A stretch of DNA of 32,000 nucleotides from Zymomonas mobilis subsp. mobilis ATCC 10988 (GTDB lineage Bacteria > Pseudomonadota > Alphaproteobacteria > Sphingomonadales > Sphingomonadaceae): positions 1,350,001 to 1,382,000 of the forward strand of contig NC_017262.1 in the NCBI RefSeq assembly GCF_000175255.2, written 5' to 3'. The notes beneath the pieces were generated by a model that ran no database searches, was not told where the DNA came from, and saw only the letters and a list, made by a program, of their open reading frames with translations. Shown one piece after another: positions 7,573-16,745 of this stretch. Both the position numbers and the translations under genes were made by a program. How positions within the stretch are numbered: the first letter of the stretch is position 1; the number at the start of each line of letters is the position of its first letter.

Positions 7573-9339
7573 TTATCCCGCTCTTTTCAACACCCAATCA
7601 ATATTACAGCCACCAGCTGGGGTTAAACCGGATATCGTAATCTGGTTGGTCAAACGCGGCCACCCTGTCGGATCAATCCAGATGCTGGGTTCGCATCCCA
7701 ATTTCCCACCACGGCAACGGAATTGCCACAAGGCGCCCCGCTCAATTCGTAACAAAGCCCCCATGCCATCAGCCGTATTGGTCACCTCTACCCAAGGGGC
7801 GAGGTGGAAACGCAGAATAAAGGGCATCTCGCTGGCTCTTCTGCGCCCCGCAGGCAACAAAATATCCTCACCCCGTAATTCCCAACCATTGGCCGATAAA
7901 GCCAGCTTCCGGCGGTGAATAAAACCGAAACGCCGCATATAGCCGTCATGACTAGCTTCTAACAGGCTACCATTCTGGCCTTCATGGCGATCCAGCTCGA
8001 CTTCACTAACACCGCGCCCCAGACTGCCATCTTCCATCAAAGCGGTCGAATTGCTGTCTTTCAAAACAAGGGTTGAATGGGCAGCGGTTGCCCGCAATAA
8101 TTGGCTTAATTCCGGCGGCAAGGCTTCGCTGGTATCGCCTTGGTCAAGATCACTTCCCAAAACGCCGCCGCAATTAACAATCAAGCGATCGGCACCATCC
8201 GACATTTCAAAAGCCAATGTCGAAGCCGAAGCCAATCCGGCACGATGAATAACCGGCGGCGGAGCCGTATCAATCACCAAAGTCGTCTGACCATGACTTA
8301 AACGCTGATAACCCCATTCACCGGCACGACTTAACGGGCGACTGCGAATACCCGCGGCATAGATAGCGGCATCGACCCGTTTTTTATCGACTGGAACACC
8401 GCCTTGGAAACTGGCAAGCCCACCATCGCCCAAGGTTACACCTAACAAAGCCCTGACAGCACGCGCCATCATACGGGTAATCATGGTGTTGGGCTGCATA
8501 TCGCGGGAATGATACACCGCCAACAGCATCGCACTATATTCAACCAACTCAAGCTGGTCATAGGGGGTGCGGCTGATGATACCACCATCTTCAAAAAGAC
8601 AACGGTTCAAAGCCTTTAACAAACCCTGCTCATGCCGCTGTAGGAAGGTTTTTTCATCCGGCAATAATAGGGTTGCTGCCACCAAACCCATCCATGCAAT
8701 GGCACGGTTAAGGCCGTTTGGCATTTTATCAGCACTGCGGGACAGATGCCGCCCTCCACGGGCAAGGCTGTTTAATAATTTCGATCGGTAAACCAAATCG
8801 GTCGAGGATAAAATAAGTGGCGCATAAGCGCCCCAAAATAAAATCCTGCGTCCCCAAATATCGGGTTGCCACGCTTTATCATCAATTTCATCAGCATGGA
8901 CTTCAAGCCAGTTTCGGGTCAGTTTTTCCGCAATTTTGGCGACTTCCTGCCGATTTCCGGCTGCCGCCAAATCGCGCAGCCAGATAAAGCTATGCAGATA
9001 ATCCGTAAATTCAGGCGAAATCCCTGTAACAGGGAAGAGAGGGTGATCCAGCTTAATCTTTTCATGGAAAAACCGAATTTCTCCATGACGGATAGCATTA
9101 CCGGCTTCGGCATTACCGGAAAAAGGATCGCGTGGCACCGCCATCAACCGCAAAGGCGGTCGCCCCCGCAAACGCAGGGCATAAAAAGGGGTGTGCCATG
9201 ACAAGCGACTCAAACGGTTAACAATCCGTTCGGTTAAAGAAGGCTGCTTGTCACTATTGACACGGATCAACCATTTACCGGGTTTCGGCTCGCCGGAGTT
9301 TTCATCTCCGTTAAGATCGGGATCTCCCTTTTCTCTCAT
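7573..9339 (-). CDS. Heparinase II/III-like family protein (conserved alpha-proteobacterial protein)
   Basis: 588 aa. The family call comes from remembered resemblance to alpha-proteobacterial heparinase II/III-like proteins, which are commonly found downstream of rpe. Its start overlaps the rpe stop (ATGA at 9336-9339). Confidence 0.55.
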   Translation of the reverse strand: MREKGDPDLNGDENSGEPKPGKWLIRVNSDKQPSLTERIVNRLSRLSWHTPFYALRLRGRPPLRLMAVPRDPFSGNAEAGNAIRHGEIRFFHEKIKLDHPLFPVTGISPEFTDYLHSFIWLRDLAAAGNRQEVAKIAEKLTRNWLEVHADEIDDKAWQPDIWGRRILFWGAYAPLILSSTDLVYRSKLLNSLARGGRHLSRSADKMPNGLNRAIAWMGLVAATLLLPDEKTFLQRHEQGLLKALNRCLFEDGGIISRTPYDQLELVEYSAMLLAVYHSRDMQPNTMITRMMARAVRALLGVTLGDGGLASFQGGVPVDKKRVDAAIYAAGIRSRPLSRAGEWGYQRLSHGQTTLVIDTAPPPVIHRAGLASASTLAFEMSDGADRLIVNCGGVLGSDLDQGDTSEALPPELSQLLRATAAHSTLVLKDSNSTALMEDGSLGRGVSEVELDRHEGQNGSLLEASHDGYMRRFGFIHRRKLALSANGWELRGEDILLPAGRRRASEMPFILRFHLAPWVEVTNTADGMGALLRIERGALWQFRCRGGKLGCEPSIWIDPTGWPRLTNQITISGLTPAGGCNIDWVLKRAG

Positions 9340-9998
9340 GATTTACGCAATATCCTGATATTATCGGTGTAACATGTTGCGCCGCCTTTAAAGCTGGCCG
9401 TTCCCGCGACCAAAACATCGGCACCGGCTTCGACGGCAAGCGGTGCAGTCGTGGCATCAATTCCGCCATCCACTTCCAAGCGGATATCCCGCCCAGAGGC
9501 GGTAATTCTTTGACGGATATCTTTAATCTTTTCTAATTGGGTTTTGATAAATTTTTGGCCGCCAAAACCGGGGTTAACGCTCATCACCATAATCAGATCA
9601 AGATCATCCATTAGATAATCAAGCCAGCTTAAAGGGGTCGCCGGATTAAAAACTAATCCCGCTTTTTTGCCCAATGATTTGATATGCTGAATAGTGCGAT
9701 GGGGATGCGCGCCCGCTTCGGGATGGAAACTGATAATATCAGCACCCGCTTCAGAAAAAGCCTCGATATATTGATCGACAGGCGCAATCATCAAATGGAC
9801 ATCAAAAGGCTTTTGGCTATAGGGACGCAAAGCCTTCACAACCATGGGGCCTATGGTGATATTCGGCACGAAATGGCCATCCATCACATCAATATGGATC
9901 CAATCGGCACCGGCCTGATCTATCGCCGCGACCTCATCTCCCAAATGGGCAAAATCCGCCGAAAGGATAGAGGGAGCAATCAGGGGTAATTTACTCAT
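9336..9998 (-). CDS. rpe: Ribulose-phosphate 3-epimerase
   Basis: IAPSILSADFAHLGDEV...HIDVMDGHFVPNITIGP...MSVNPGFGGQKFI are canonical Rpe motifs. The ATG giving MSKLPLIAPS (9998) is preferred over the track start at 10028. Confidence 0.9.
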   Translation of the reverse strand: MSKLPLIAPSILSADFAHLGDEVAAIDQAGADWIHIDVMDGHFVPNITIGPMVVKALRPYSQKPFDVHLMIAPVDQYIEAFSEAGADIISFHPEAGAHPHRTIQHIKSLGKKAGLVFNPATPLSWLDYLMDDLDLIMVMSVNPGFGGQKFIKTQLEKIKDIRQRITASGRDIRLEVDGGIDATTAPLAVEAGADVLVAGTASFKGGATCYTDNIRILRKS

Positions 9999-10149
9999 AA
10001 AATATAGCCAGACAGAATATAGAGACAAAAACTTTTAAGGCCGCCTTCTGGGACAAAAGCGACCTTAAGTCTTTACCGTATCTTGAAATGACGAACCAGT
10101 AGGCTTCAGACTATTATAAATCCATTTGGAAAAAATAGCCTGAATTCAA

Positions 10150-11556
10150 TCATTTTGCTTCTTTTTCGTCATACCGTGTAAAATACGCTATAAAAAAGCC
10201 ATCATTTCCGCCTTTTTCGGCCAGATTTTCTGGTAAAATCCGAAGCCAGCCTTCTTCAGAAGGTGACAAACCGGCAGGCAGCGTCTCTTTTTCCAAAGAA
10301 TCAATCCGGTAATCGGAATGATGGGCTAAAAAGTCGCGAATAACCGCTTCGCCTTCTTCCGGCTCCAAAGAGCAGACGGCATAGACGAGCTTCCCCCCTT
10401 TTTTGACCCATTGCGATGCACGGTGAAGCAACTTTTTCTGCTGTTCAGCCATATCGATAATGATGCGGGAACTGACACGATAAAGCACATCAGGATGACG
10501 GCGGAAAATCCCGCTAGCGGAACAAGGCGCATCCAACAAAATCGCATCAACGGCTTCTTTGGGGGTGTAGTCAGCCAGATCAGCCGTCACCACTTCAGCA
10601 GACAAGCCCATGCGTTTCAGATTGTCATGCAGTCGGGTCAATCTTTTGGCTGCAATATCAACAGCCGTGACCTGCCACCCTTGAGAAGCCAGTTGCATGG
10701 TCTTGCCACCGGGGGCAGCGCAAAGATCAAGAATTGTGCGATTTTTACCCTTGCCCAATAATCGGGCAGCAAGGGAAGCCGAAATATCCTGAACCCACCA
10801 TGCGCCTTCCTGATAGCCCGCCAATTCGGCAATCGGGGGATGCCCCTCTGGAAGACGGATATGACCTAGAAACAGGCTTTCACCGGATAATTTTTCTTGC
10901 CAGAAAGCGGTCTCTTCGGGATTTTTCAGGGTCAGATCAACCGGCGGCTGGTCTGCCAAAGCCCGACTAGCGGCAGCCAACATGGGCTCACCCCAGGCTT
11001 TTTCCCAACGATAGGCGGTTTCATCCGGCAAAGTCGGATATTCCGGCAAAGCCACGCCTTCCCGTCTATCAAGGCTGCCATAAACACCATGAACCAGACG
11101 GCGAGGGCCTCCATCCACCAAAGGCAGAACTGTTGCAATCGCTACATGGGCGGGCTGTTTCAAAACCAGCTTTTGAGCCAGAGCCATTCTCAAAACCATC
11201 CGCGCTTTGACATCGGGGGCAAGGGGCTTAGCGGTCGCACTATCAATCAGTTGATCGAGATCATGACACCAACGCAACACCGCCGCCGCCAAAGCATGCA
11301 CCAAGGCGCGATCAGCATTTTGTTTCAGACCTTGGGTAATTCGGCCAATAACCTGCTCAAGTGGCAAGCCTTGCCGCAATACCGCTTCAAGAAGTTGTAA
11401 AGCCGCTTTTCTGACAGGAAGGCCGATAGGCTGGGCATTTTTTCTTTGCGGAGGACGTTTCGCTGACGAGGCAGAGGCGCGTCCCTCTTTTTTAAAAGAA
11501 CGCGCCTCATTCCGGCTGTCTTTCCCTTTGGGACGGGATGGCCGTGTAGTATTCAT
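10150..11556 (-). CDS. rsmB: 16S rRNA (cytosine967-C5)-methyltransferase RsmB/Sun
   Basis: SAM-binding DLCAAPGGKT and catalytic DAPCSASG motifs, an NusB-like N-terminal region, and a basic N-terminal extension. Confidence 0.8.
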   Translation of the reverse strand: MNTTRPSRPKGKDSRNEARSFKKEGRASASSAKRPPQRKNAQPIGLPVRKAALQLLEAVLRQGLPLEQVIGRITQGLKQNADRALVHALAAAVLRWCHDLDQLIDSATAKPLAPDVKARMVLRMALAQKLVLKQPAHVAIATVLPLVDGGPRRLVHGVYGSLDRREGVALPEYPTLPDETAYRWEKAWGEPMLAAASRALADQPPVDLTLKNPEETAFWQEKLSGESLFLGHIRLPEGHPPIAELAGYQEGAWWVQDISASLAARLLGKGKNRTILDLCAAPGGKTMQLASQGWQVTAVDIAAKRLTRLHDNLKRMGLSAEVVTADLADYTPKEAVDAILLDAPCSASGIFRRHPDVLYRVSSRIIIDMAEQQKKLLHRASQWVKKGGKLVYAVCSLEPEEGEAVIRDFLAHHSDYRIDSLEKETLPAGLSPSEEGWLRILPENLAEKGGNDGFFIAYFTRYDEKEAK

Positions 11557-11583
11557 AAAATTCCCGCCCGAATGGACAACCGA

Positions 11584-11604
11584 AGGTTATGTTGACAAGG
11601 AAAA
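11584..11604 (+). repeat. Solo terminal-IR-like remnant of IS copy A
   Basis: aggttatgttgacaa (11584-11598) is identical to the IS-A left end at 1182-1196. Partial similarity continues for a few more nucleotides (Ggaaa). Confidence 0.55.
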
Positions 11605-11611
11605 GACTGGA

Positions 11612-12184
11612 TCACGCGGATTTCGTCTCACCAGATTGAGCCTTGGCAACGCCCACCATCGCCGGACGCAATAAACGGTCATGAATGGTATAACCGGCCT
11701 GCATTTCCTGAACGACAGTGCCTTCCGGCTTTTCGCTTTCGATTTCGATCATCGCCTGATGCAGATTAGGATCAAGTTTTTGACCAACGGATTCGACCCG
11801 TTTGATACCGTGACGCTGCAAGATGTTCAAAAGCTCCTTGCCGGTCATTTCAATACCGGTGACCAGATTTTTGATCTTTTCATCCTGCTTGATGTCATCA
11901 GGAATAGCCGCCAAAGCGCGTTCCATATTATCCGCTACTGAAAGCATGTCGCGCGCAAAACCGGTCACAGAATAGGCAATTGCTTCCGATTTTTCTTTTT
12001 CAAGACGGCGGCGGGTATTCTGGGCTTCGGCTTTACTATAAAGTAGGTCTTTTTTCAGCTTTTCATTTTCAGCCTGCAAATCCTCTACCCCATTTTCTGA
12101 TTTTTCAGCCGAGGCCTCTTCTGGATTTTCGCTTTTGCTTTCCAGATTTTCGGCATCTTCGTATTTTTTCTGTTCTTCGGTCAT
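11612..12184 (-). CDS. grpE: Nucleotide exchange factor GrpE
   Basis: 190 aa with an acidic, coiled N-terminus and a GrpE C-terminal domain (LDPNLHQAM...GYTIHDRLLRPAMVGV). Its start overlaps the hrcA stop (ATGA). Confidence 0.9.
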   Translation of the reverse strand: MTEEQKKYEDAENLESKSENPEEASAEKSENGVEDLQAENEKLKKDLLYSKAEAQNTRRRLEKEKSEAIAYSVTGFARDMLSVADNMERALAAIPDDIKQDEKIKNLVTGIEMTGKELLNILQRHGIKRVESVGQKLDPNLHQAMIEIESEKPEGTVVQEMQAGYTIHDRLLRPAMVGVAKAQSGETKSA

Positions 12185-13218
12185 GCGATTATTCTCGATA
12201 AGGTTTTTGCTGTGAAGTCAACCATGGGGACGATGCGGCCATAGTTCAACCTTGTCGGGCCTATCACCGCCACTACCCCGACCATATGCCCGTCTTCCCC
12301 GTGATAGGGAGAGGCGATAACGGAAGAACCGGAAAGCGAAAACAACTTATTTTCGGAACCGATAAAAATTTGTGCCGCATCGCTTTCGGAAACTTTTTCC
12401 AACAAGCCTGCGATTTCCTTTTTATCTTCCAGTTCTTCAAGAAGCTGTTTGGCGCGATCAAGGTCTTCGCTGGCATCCTGAAGCAGATGGGATTGCCCCC
12501 TGACAATCAGGACAGGCCTTTTCCGGCTATCTTCCGACCAGACAGCCAAACCGCGCTTAATCAGATCGGAAGCCGCTGAATCCAGCTCGCTCCGCTCCAG
12601 ATCAATCTGGCTAAACAGACGTTTTTTGGCTTCGGAAAAACTATATCCCGAAAAATGAGCGTTGATATAGTTACTCGCCTCGGTCAAAGCAGAAGCCGGA
12701 AAGCCCGATGATAATTCGATTACCCTGTTTTCAACCGACCCATCCGAACCGACAATAATGGCCAAAGCCCGATTATCATCCAGCACCACAAAACCCAGTT
12801 GTTTTAAAACCAGCTCTTGTTTTGGAACCAGAACCAATCCGGCACAGGCCGAAAGACCCGACAAAGTCGTCGTGGCATTGACCAGTCTTTCTTTGGGCGA
12901 ATGACCGCGAATAACATCGGCTTCGATGGCCGAACGTTCTTCCTCACTCGGCTCCGAAAGCTGCATCATGCCATTGACGAACAGACGCAAGCCCAATTCT
13001 GTCGGCATACGTCCCGCTGAAATATGCGGGCTTAGCAACAGGCCTTTGGTTTCCAGTTCCTGAAGCACGTAACGAATGGAGGCGGGAGAAAGATTTACCC
13101 CCTGCCTTGCCAGTGTTTTTGACCCCACCGGCAACCCGCTTCCAAGGTAACTTTCCACCACCAGTTGGAAAATCTCGCGCGCCCGCGATGATAATTCTAT
13201 GACCGGTATGGATGACAT
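12181..13218 (-). CDS. hrcA: Heat-inducible transcriptional repressor HrcA
   Basis: 345 aa with the N-terminal winged-helix sequence VGSKTLA...SPASIRYVLQELE..GLL. hrcA-grpE synteny supports the call. Confidence 0.9.
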   Translation of the reverse strand: MSSIPVIELSSRAREIFQLVVESYLGSGLPVGSKTLARQGVNLSPASIRYVLQELETKGLLLSPHISAGRMPTELGLRLFVNGMMQLSEPSEEERSAIEADVIRGHSPKERLVNATTTLSGLSACAGLVLVPKQELVLKQLGFVVLDDNRALAIIVGSDGSVENRVIELSSGFPASALTEASNYINAHFSGYSFSEAKKRLFSQIDLERSELDSAASDLIKRGLAVWSEDSRKRPVLIVRGQSHLLQDASEDLDRAKQLLEELEDKKEIAGLLEKVSESDAAQIFIGSENKLFSLSGSSVIASPYHGEDGHMVGVVAVIGPTRLNYGRIVPMVDFTAKTLSRIIA

Positions 13219-13470
13219 AGGCTATAAATAAGCATCAAAAGGCGTTTCGTCACCCCTCGGACAGGAATAAATATCCTGTTTTCATGCCATTTTTACAAGA
13301 AAATCTGTCGGTTTTGATTGAATGATGCCTGCCCTCGTGGCAGGAGAACGCTCTATCATTTGATTATTCTTTCTGCGGCCGGTATTTTCTGGACAGACAC
13401 CGGAATTTCCGAATTGCAGAAACTTCCCCGTTATAAATTTAAGGGTTACTCCCCAAAGAAAGGTTATCCC

Positions 13471-14175
13471 ATGCGTCCTTCAGGTCGAACGCCGGATCAA
13501 TTACGCTCACTTTCCATCGAAACCGGCTTTACCCGCCATGCCGAAGGCTCCTGCCTGATCAGCTTTGGCGACACCCGCGTTTTGGTCACGGCTTCACTGG
13601 AAGAACGCCTGCCTTCATGGTTACGCGGTAAAGGCCAAGGCTGGGTCACGGCAGAATATGGGATGTTACCCCGTTCTACCCACAGCCGCACCAATCGCGA
13701 AGCGGCTCGCGGCAAACAGTCAGGCCGGACGCAGGAAATCCAGCGTTTGATCGGTCGCTCTTTGCGCGCCGGTATTGACCTCAAAAAATTGGGTGAAAGA
13801 CAGATCACCATCGATTGCGATGTGTTGCAGGCCGATGGCGGCACTCGCACCGCTTCGATTTCCGGCGGCTGGGTAGCCCTTCGCCTCGCCGTCAATAAAT
13901 TACTGGCATCCGGCCAACTGACCGAAGACCCAATCATTTCCCAAGTGGCCGCCGTCTCCTGCGGTATTTCGCAAGGGGTGCCGGTGCTTGATCTTGACTA
14001 TGCCGAGGATTCAACCGCCGAAGCTGATGCCAATTTCGTGATGATGGGCGATAGCCGCCTGATCGAAGTTCAGGCCAGCGCCGAGGGCGCACCTTATGAT
14101 GAAGAAGGTCTGTTGCGTCTGGCGCGCATGGGCTGCCAACAAATCTTCGCAGAACAGAAGAAAGCGGTCGCCTAA
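13471..14175 (+). CDS. rph: Ribonuclease PH
   Basis: [12 protein letters not shown]...[14 protein letters not shown]...[15 protein letters not shown] is canonical RNase PH. The internal ATG at 13471 is preferred over the track start at 13318. Confidence 0.9.
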   Translation: MRPSGRTPDQLRSLSIETGFTRHAEGSCLISFGDTRVLVTASLEERLPSWLRGKGQGWVTAEYGMLPRSTHSRTNREAARGKQSGRTQEIQRLIGRSLRAGIDLKKLGERQITIDCDVLQADGGTRTASISGGWVALRLAVNKLLASGQLTEDPIISQVAAVSCGISQGVPVLDLDYAEDSTAEADANFVMMGDSRLIEVQASAEGAPYDEEGLLRLARMGCQQIFAEQKKAVA

Positions 14176-14176
14176 G

Positions 14177-14806
14177 ATGACCCAGACGCACTCTTCCGAA
14201 AAACGCCGCCGTCTCGAACCGGGACGGCTGGTGCTTGCCAGCCATAATCAGGGCAAATTGCGGGAAATCCGCGAACTACTGTCCCCCTTTGGCTTAGAAA
14301 CCGTTTCAGCGGCGGAATTGGGACTGCCCGAACCTGTCGAAGACGGGAACAGCTTTATCGCCAATGCCGAAATCAAGGCGCGCTTTGTCGCGGAAAAAAC
14401 CGGCTCGGTTGCCTTGGCCGATGATAGCGGCCTTTGCGTCGAAGCGCTGGACGAAGCCCCCGGTATCTATTCCGCCCGCTGGGCAGGTGAGCCGCGTGAT
14501 TTTGATAAGGCCATGGAAAAGGTGCATCAGGAATTAACGGCCAAGGGCGCAGAGGCTTCCAAACGGGCGCATTTCGTTTGTGCTTTGTCCCTTTGCTGGC
14601 CAGATGGCCATGTCGAAAATTTCGAAGGCCATGTCTGGGGTAATCTGATCTGGCCGCCACGGGGGGATCGGGGCTTCGGTTATGATCCGATGTTTGTCGC
14701 CGATGGTCACCAGCAAAGCTTTGCTGAAATCGGTGCCGAGGCCAAAAAAGCCATCAGCCATAGAAGCGAAGCCTTCAAACAACTTTTAGCCGCCTGTCTC
14801 CGTTAA
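14177..14806 (+). CDS. rdgB: dITP/XTP pyrophosphatase (non-canonical purine NTPase) RdgB
   Basis: [14 protein letters not shown]...FGYDPMF...[11 protein letters not shown] are Ham1/RdgB motifs. The ATG at 14177 lies 1 nt after the rph stop. The track extension overlaps rph. Confidence 0.9.
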   Translation: MTQTHSSEKRRRLEPGRLVLASHNQGKLREIRELLSPFGLETVSAAELGLPEPVEDGNSFIANAEIKARFVAEKTGSVALADDSGLCVEALDEAPGIYSARWAGEPRDFDKAMEKVHQELTAKGAEASKRAHFVCALSLCWPDGHVENFEGHVWGNLIWPPRGDRGFGYDPMFVADGHQQSFAEIGAEAKKAISHRSEAFKQLLAACLR

Positions 14807-14812
14807 TCGGCC

Positions 14813-15994
14813 ATGACAGAACAGGCCTTGGGTAAGGACAAAAGACAGGAAAAACAGGATATGCCTTTGGCTTTGTATATCCATTGGCCATTCTGCCTTG
14901 CAAAATGTCCTTATTGCGATTTTAACAGCCATGTTCGGCCAGATATTGATGCCGCCCTTTGGCAGGATGCTTTACTTTCTGACATGGCGCATGAAGCTGC
15001 CCTCACCCAAGGCCGCCGGCTCAGTTCGATCTTTTTCGGGGGTGGCACGCCTTCTCTGATGCCTCCCGAAACGGTAGCCGCGCTGATTGATGCCGCCACC
15101 CGCTATTGGCAACCGACCCCCGATATCGAAATCACACTTGAAGCCAACCCCTCTTCAGTTGAAGCTGACCGTTTCCAATCCTTGGCTTTGGCAGGGGTTA
15201 ATCGTCTATCTCTCGGTATTCAGGCCTTAGACGATACCAGCCTGCATTTTCTAGGAAGAATCCATAATGTCCAAGAAGCCTTATCCGCGCTCGATATCGC
15301 CCAGAAAAACTTCTCCCGTGTCAGCTTTGATCTGATCTATGGCCGCCCGAACCAATCCCTCAAAGATTGGGAAGAAGAATTAAAACAGGCCTTGGCTTTT
15401 GGCAGTGACCATCTGTCCCTTTACCAATTAACGATTGAAGAAGGCACCCGCTTTCACAGTCTGGTAAGACAAGGCCAATTTACCCCGATGGATGGCGACA
15501 AAGCCGCCGATCTTTTCGATCTCACCCGCGATATGACCAAAGCGGCAGGCATCCCCGCTTATGAAATATCCAACCATGCCCGCAAAAATTCGGAAAGCCG
15601 CCATAATCTCACCTATTGGCGTTATGGCGATTATATCGGCATCGGGGCAGGCGCCCATGGCAGAAGACTGAATAACGTCACTATCCGCCATAAAAAACCA
15701 GAAAACTGGCTGTCTGCAGTTCAAAAACAGCAACAGGGTATTCAGGAAGAAACCCCGCTATCACCCAAAGATCAGGCCATAGAAGCCGTCTTGATGGGCT
15801 TGCGCTTAACTGAAGGCATCGATCCCAAAAATATCCAAAAACGCACAGGCTTGGATATCTCCGAATTTCTCGATATCGCCGCTATTCAATATTACAGCGA
15901 CCAAGGATTACTCACCTTCAATAACGGCTTATTACGCATTACCGAGCAAGGCGCTCTATTAACAGATGCCTTAATAAGAGAAATTAGTTTATGA
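14813..15994 (+). CDS. hemW: Radical SAM family heme chaperone HemW (HemN-like, oxygen-independent coproporphyrinogen oxidase-like)
   Basis: Radical-SAM CxxxCxxC motif (CLAKCPYCDF), GGGTPS, 393 aa. An alternative start is at 14861 (MPLALYIHWPFC). Confidence 0.85.
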   Translation: MTEQALGKDKRQEKQDMPLALYIHWPFCLAKCPYCDFNSHVRPDIDAALWQDALLSDMAHEAALTQGRRLSSIFFGGGTPSLMPPETVAALIDAATRYWQPTPDIEITLEANPSSVEADRFQSLALAGVNRLSLGIQALDDTSLHFLGRIHNVQEALSALDIAQKNFSRVSFDLIYGRPNQSLKDWEEELKQALAFGSDHLSLYQLTIEEGTRFHSLVRQGQFTPMDGDKAADLFDLTRDMTKAAGIPAYEISNHARKNSESRHNLTYWRYGDYIGIGAGAHGRRLNNVTIRHKKPENWLSAVQKQQQGIQEETPLSPKDQAIEAVLMGLRLTEGIDPKNIQKRTGLDISEFLDIAAIQYYSDQGLLTFNNGLLRITEQGALLTDALIREISL

Positions 15995-16197
15995 TTTTAT
16001 TGATAATGATATTTCCTATTACTTTCATTATTCGAATGGTGATGATTAATATAATGGCTAACCATGATTATTTTACTTTCTTTACTACATTAATTAGCAC
16101 TACCGTTGGTGTAGGGGCAACTTATTTTGCTAACTATCTTTTTGAAAACGAAAAGCGAAAAAAATATTACAAGAAAAACTTAATAGAAAATCAATAA
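15991..16197 (+). CDS. Hypothetical small membrane protein (two predicted TM helices); probably the N-terminal part of a frameshift-split ~249-aa gene
   Basis: 68-aa ORF in roughly 20% GC DNA. Its ATG overlaps the hemW stop (ATGA). Hydrophobic segments: MILLIMIFPITFIIRMVMINIM and FFTTLISTTVGVGATYFANYLF. Confidence 0.55.
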   Translation: MILLIMIFPITFIIRMVMINIMANHDYFTFFTTLISTTVGVGATYFANYLFENEKRKKYYKKNLIENQ

Positions 16198-16403
16198 AAA
16201 TTATAAGAAATTTAAATATATATTATAATATTTCATTAGAACTATATAATAAATTTAATCAAAAAATTTACCAAAATCCACAAATAATACCTAAACGTAT
16301 TTTTTCTTTAATAAAAGATATAGAATTTTCTTTTAAAGAAAGCGATATATCAGATAATGAAATATATGATATTTTTCATATTACAGATTTTTGTACATCA
16401 AAT

Positions 16404-16739
16404 ATGTATGAAAATTTATTTCTTCAAATAAATAATAATTTTAATTATATTAAAAAATATATTAATAAACACGATTTATTTTGGAGAGATGCTGATCTGG
16501 ATTATTTTTCTCAAAATGAAAATGAATTTCATGAATTTATTCAAAAAAGAGAACCTTTAATATTAGAAACATTGGGATTAGCAGGAAAAATATCTCTTTT
16601 ATCTAAAGAAAATATGGAAGGCATAAAAAAATTCTTATCTGTTTTCGTCAACGGCGATAATTTCTATGCAAAAGATATAGAAATAAAATTACCAAAAATT
16701 GATGGCGGTTTCGAAACAATAAAAAGAACCGTCCCTTAA
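16404..16739 (+). CDS. Hypothetical protein, no recognisable family; the frame is open from 16146 with no start codon, so it is probably the C-terminal part of the split gene
   Basis: 111 aa counted from the first ATG. I translated the same frame upstream and found 86 consecutive sense codons (16146-16403) with no ATG, GTG, TTG or stop. That is very unlikely by chance in such AT-rich DNA. Confidence 0.55.
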   Translation: MYENLFLQINNNFNYIKKYINKHDLFWRDADLDYFSQNENEFHEFIQKREPLILETLGLAGKISLLSKENMEGIKKFLSVFVNGDNFYAKDIEIKLPKIDGGFETIKRTVP

Positions 16740-16745
16740 TAAAAC

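Noticed and set aside
10897-11400. 167-aa plus-strand ORF antisense to rsmB. The same applies to the antisense ORFs at 5620..6066 in lutB, 13497..13937 in rph, 22616..22978 in cysG and 20150..20497 in cysI.
   Set aside because: These are shadow ORFs inside well-supported genes, with no recognisable motifs.
13318-13470. N-terminal extensions of track ORFs: rph from 13318, rdgB from 14096, cysH from 21222, cysD from 23668, lutC from 6666, rpe to 10028
   Set aside because: The extensions overlap the preceding gene or non-conserved sequence. Internal ATGs give canonical N-termini and lengths, and some have a clear SD or ATGA/TAATG coupling.
13219-13470. CIRCE operator (TTAGCACTC-N9-GAGTGCTAA) or a sigma-32 promoter in the hrcA-rph divergent region
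   Set aside because: No CIRCE-like inverted repeat is present. There are only short unrelated hairpins (acagga/tcctgt, cctgcc/ggcagg). A CTTG...TATTTAT arrangement on the minus strand is too weak a match to call a sigma-32 promoter.
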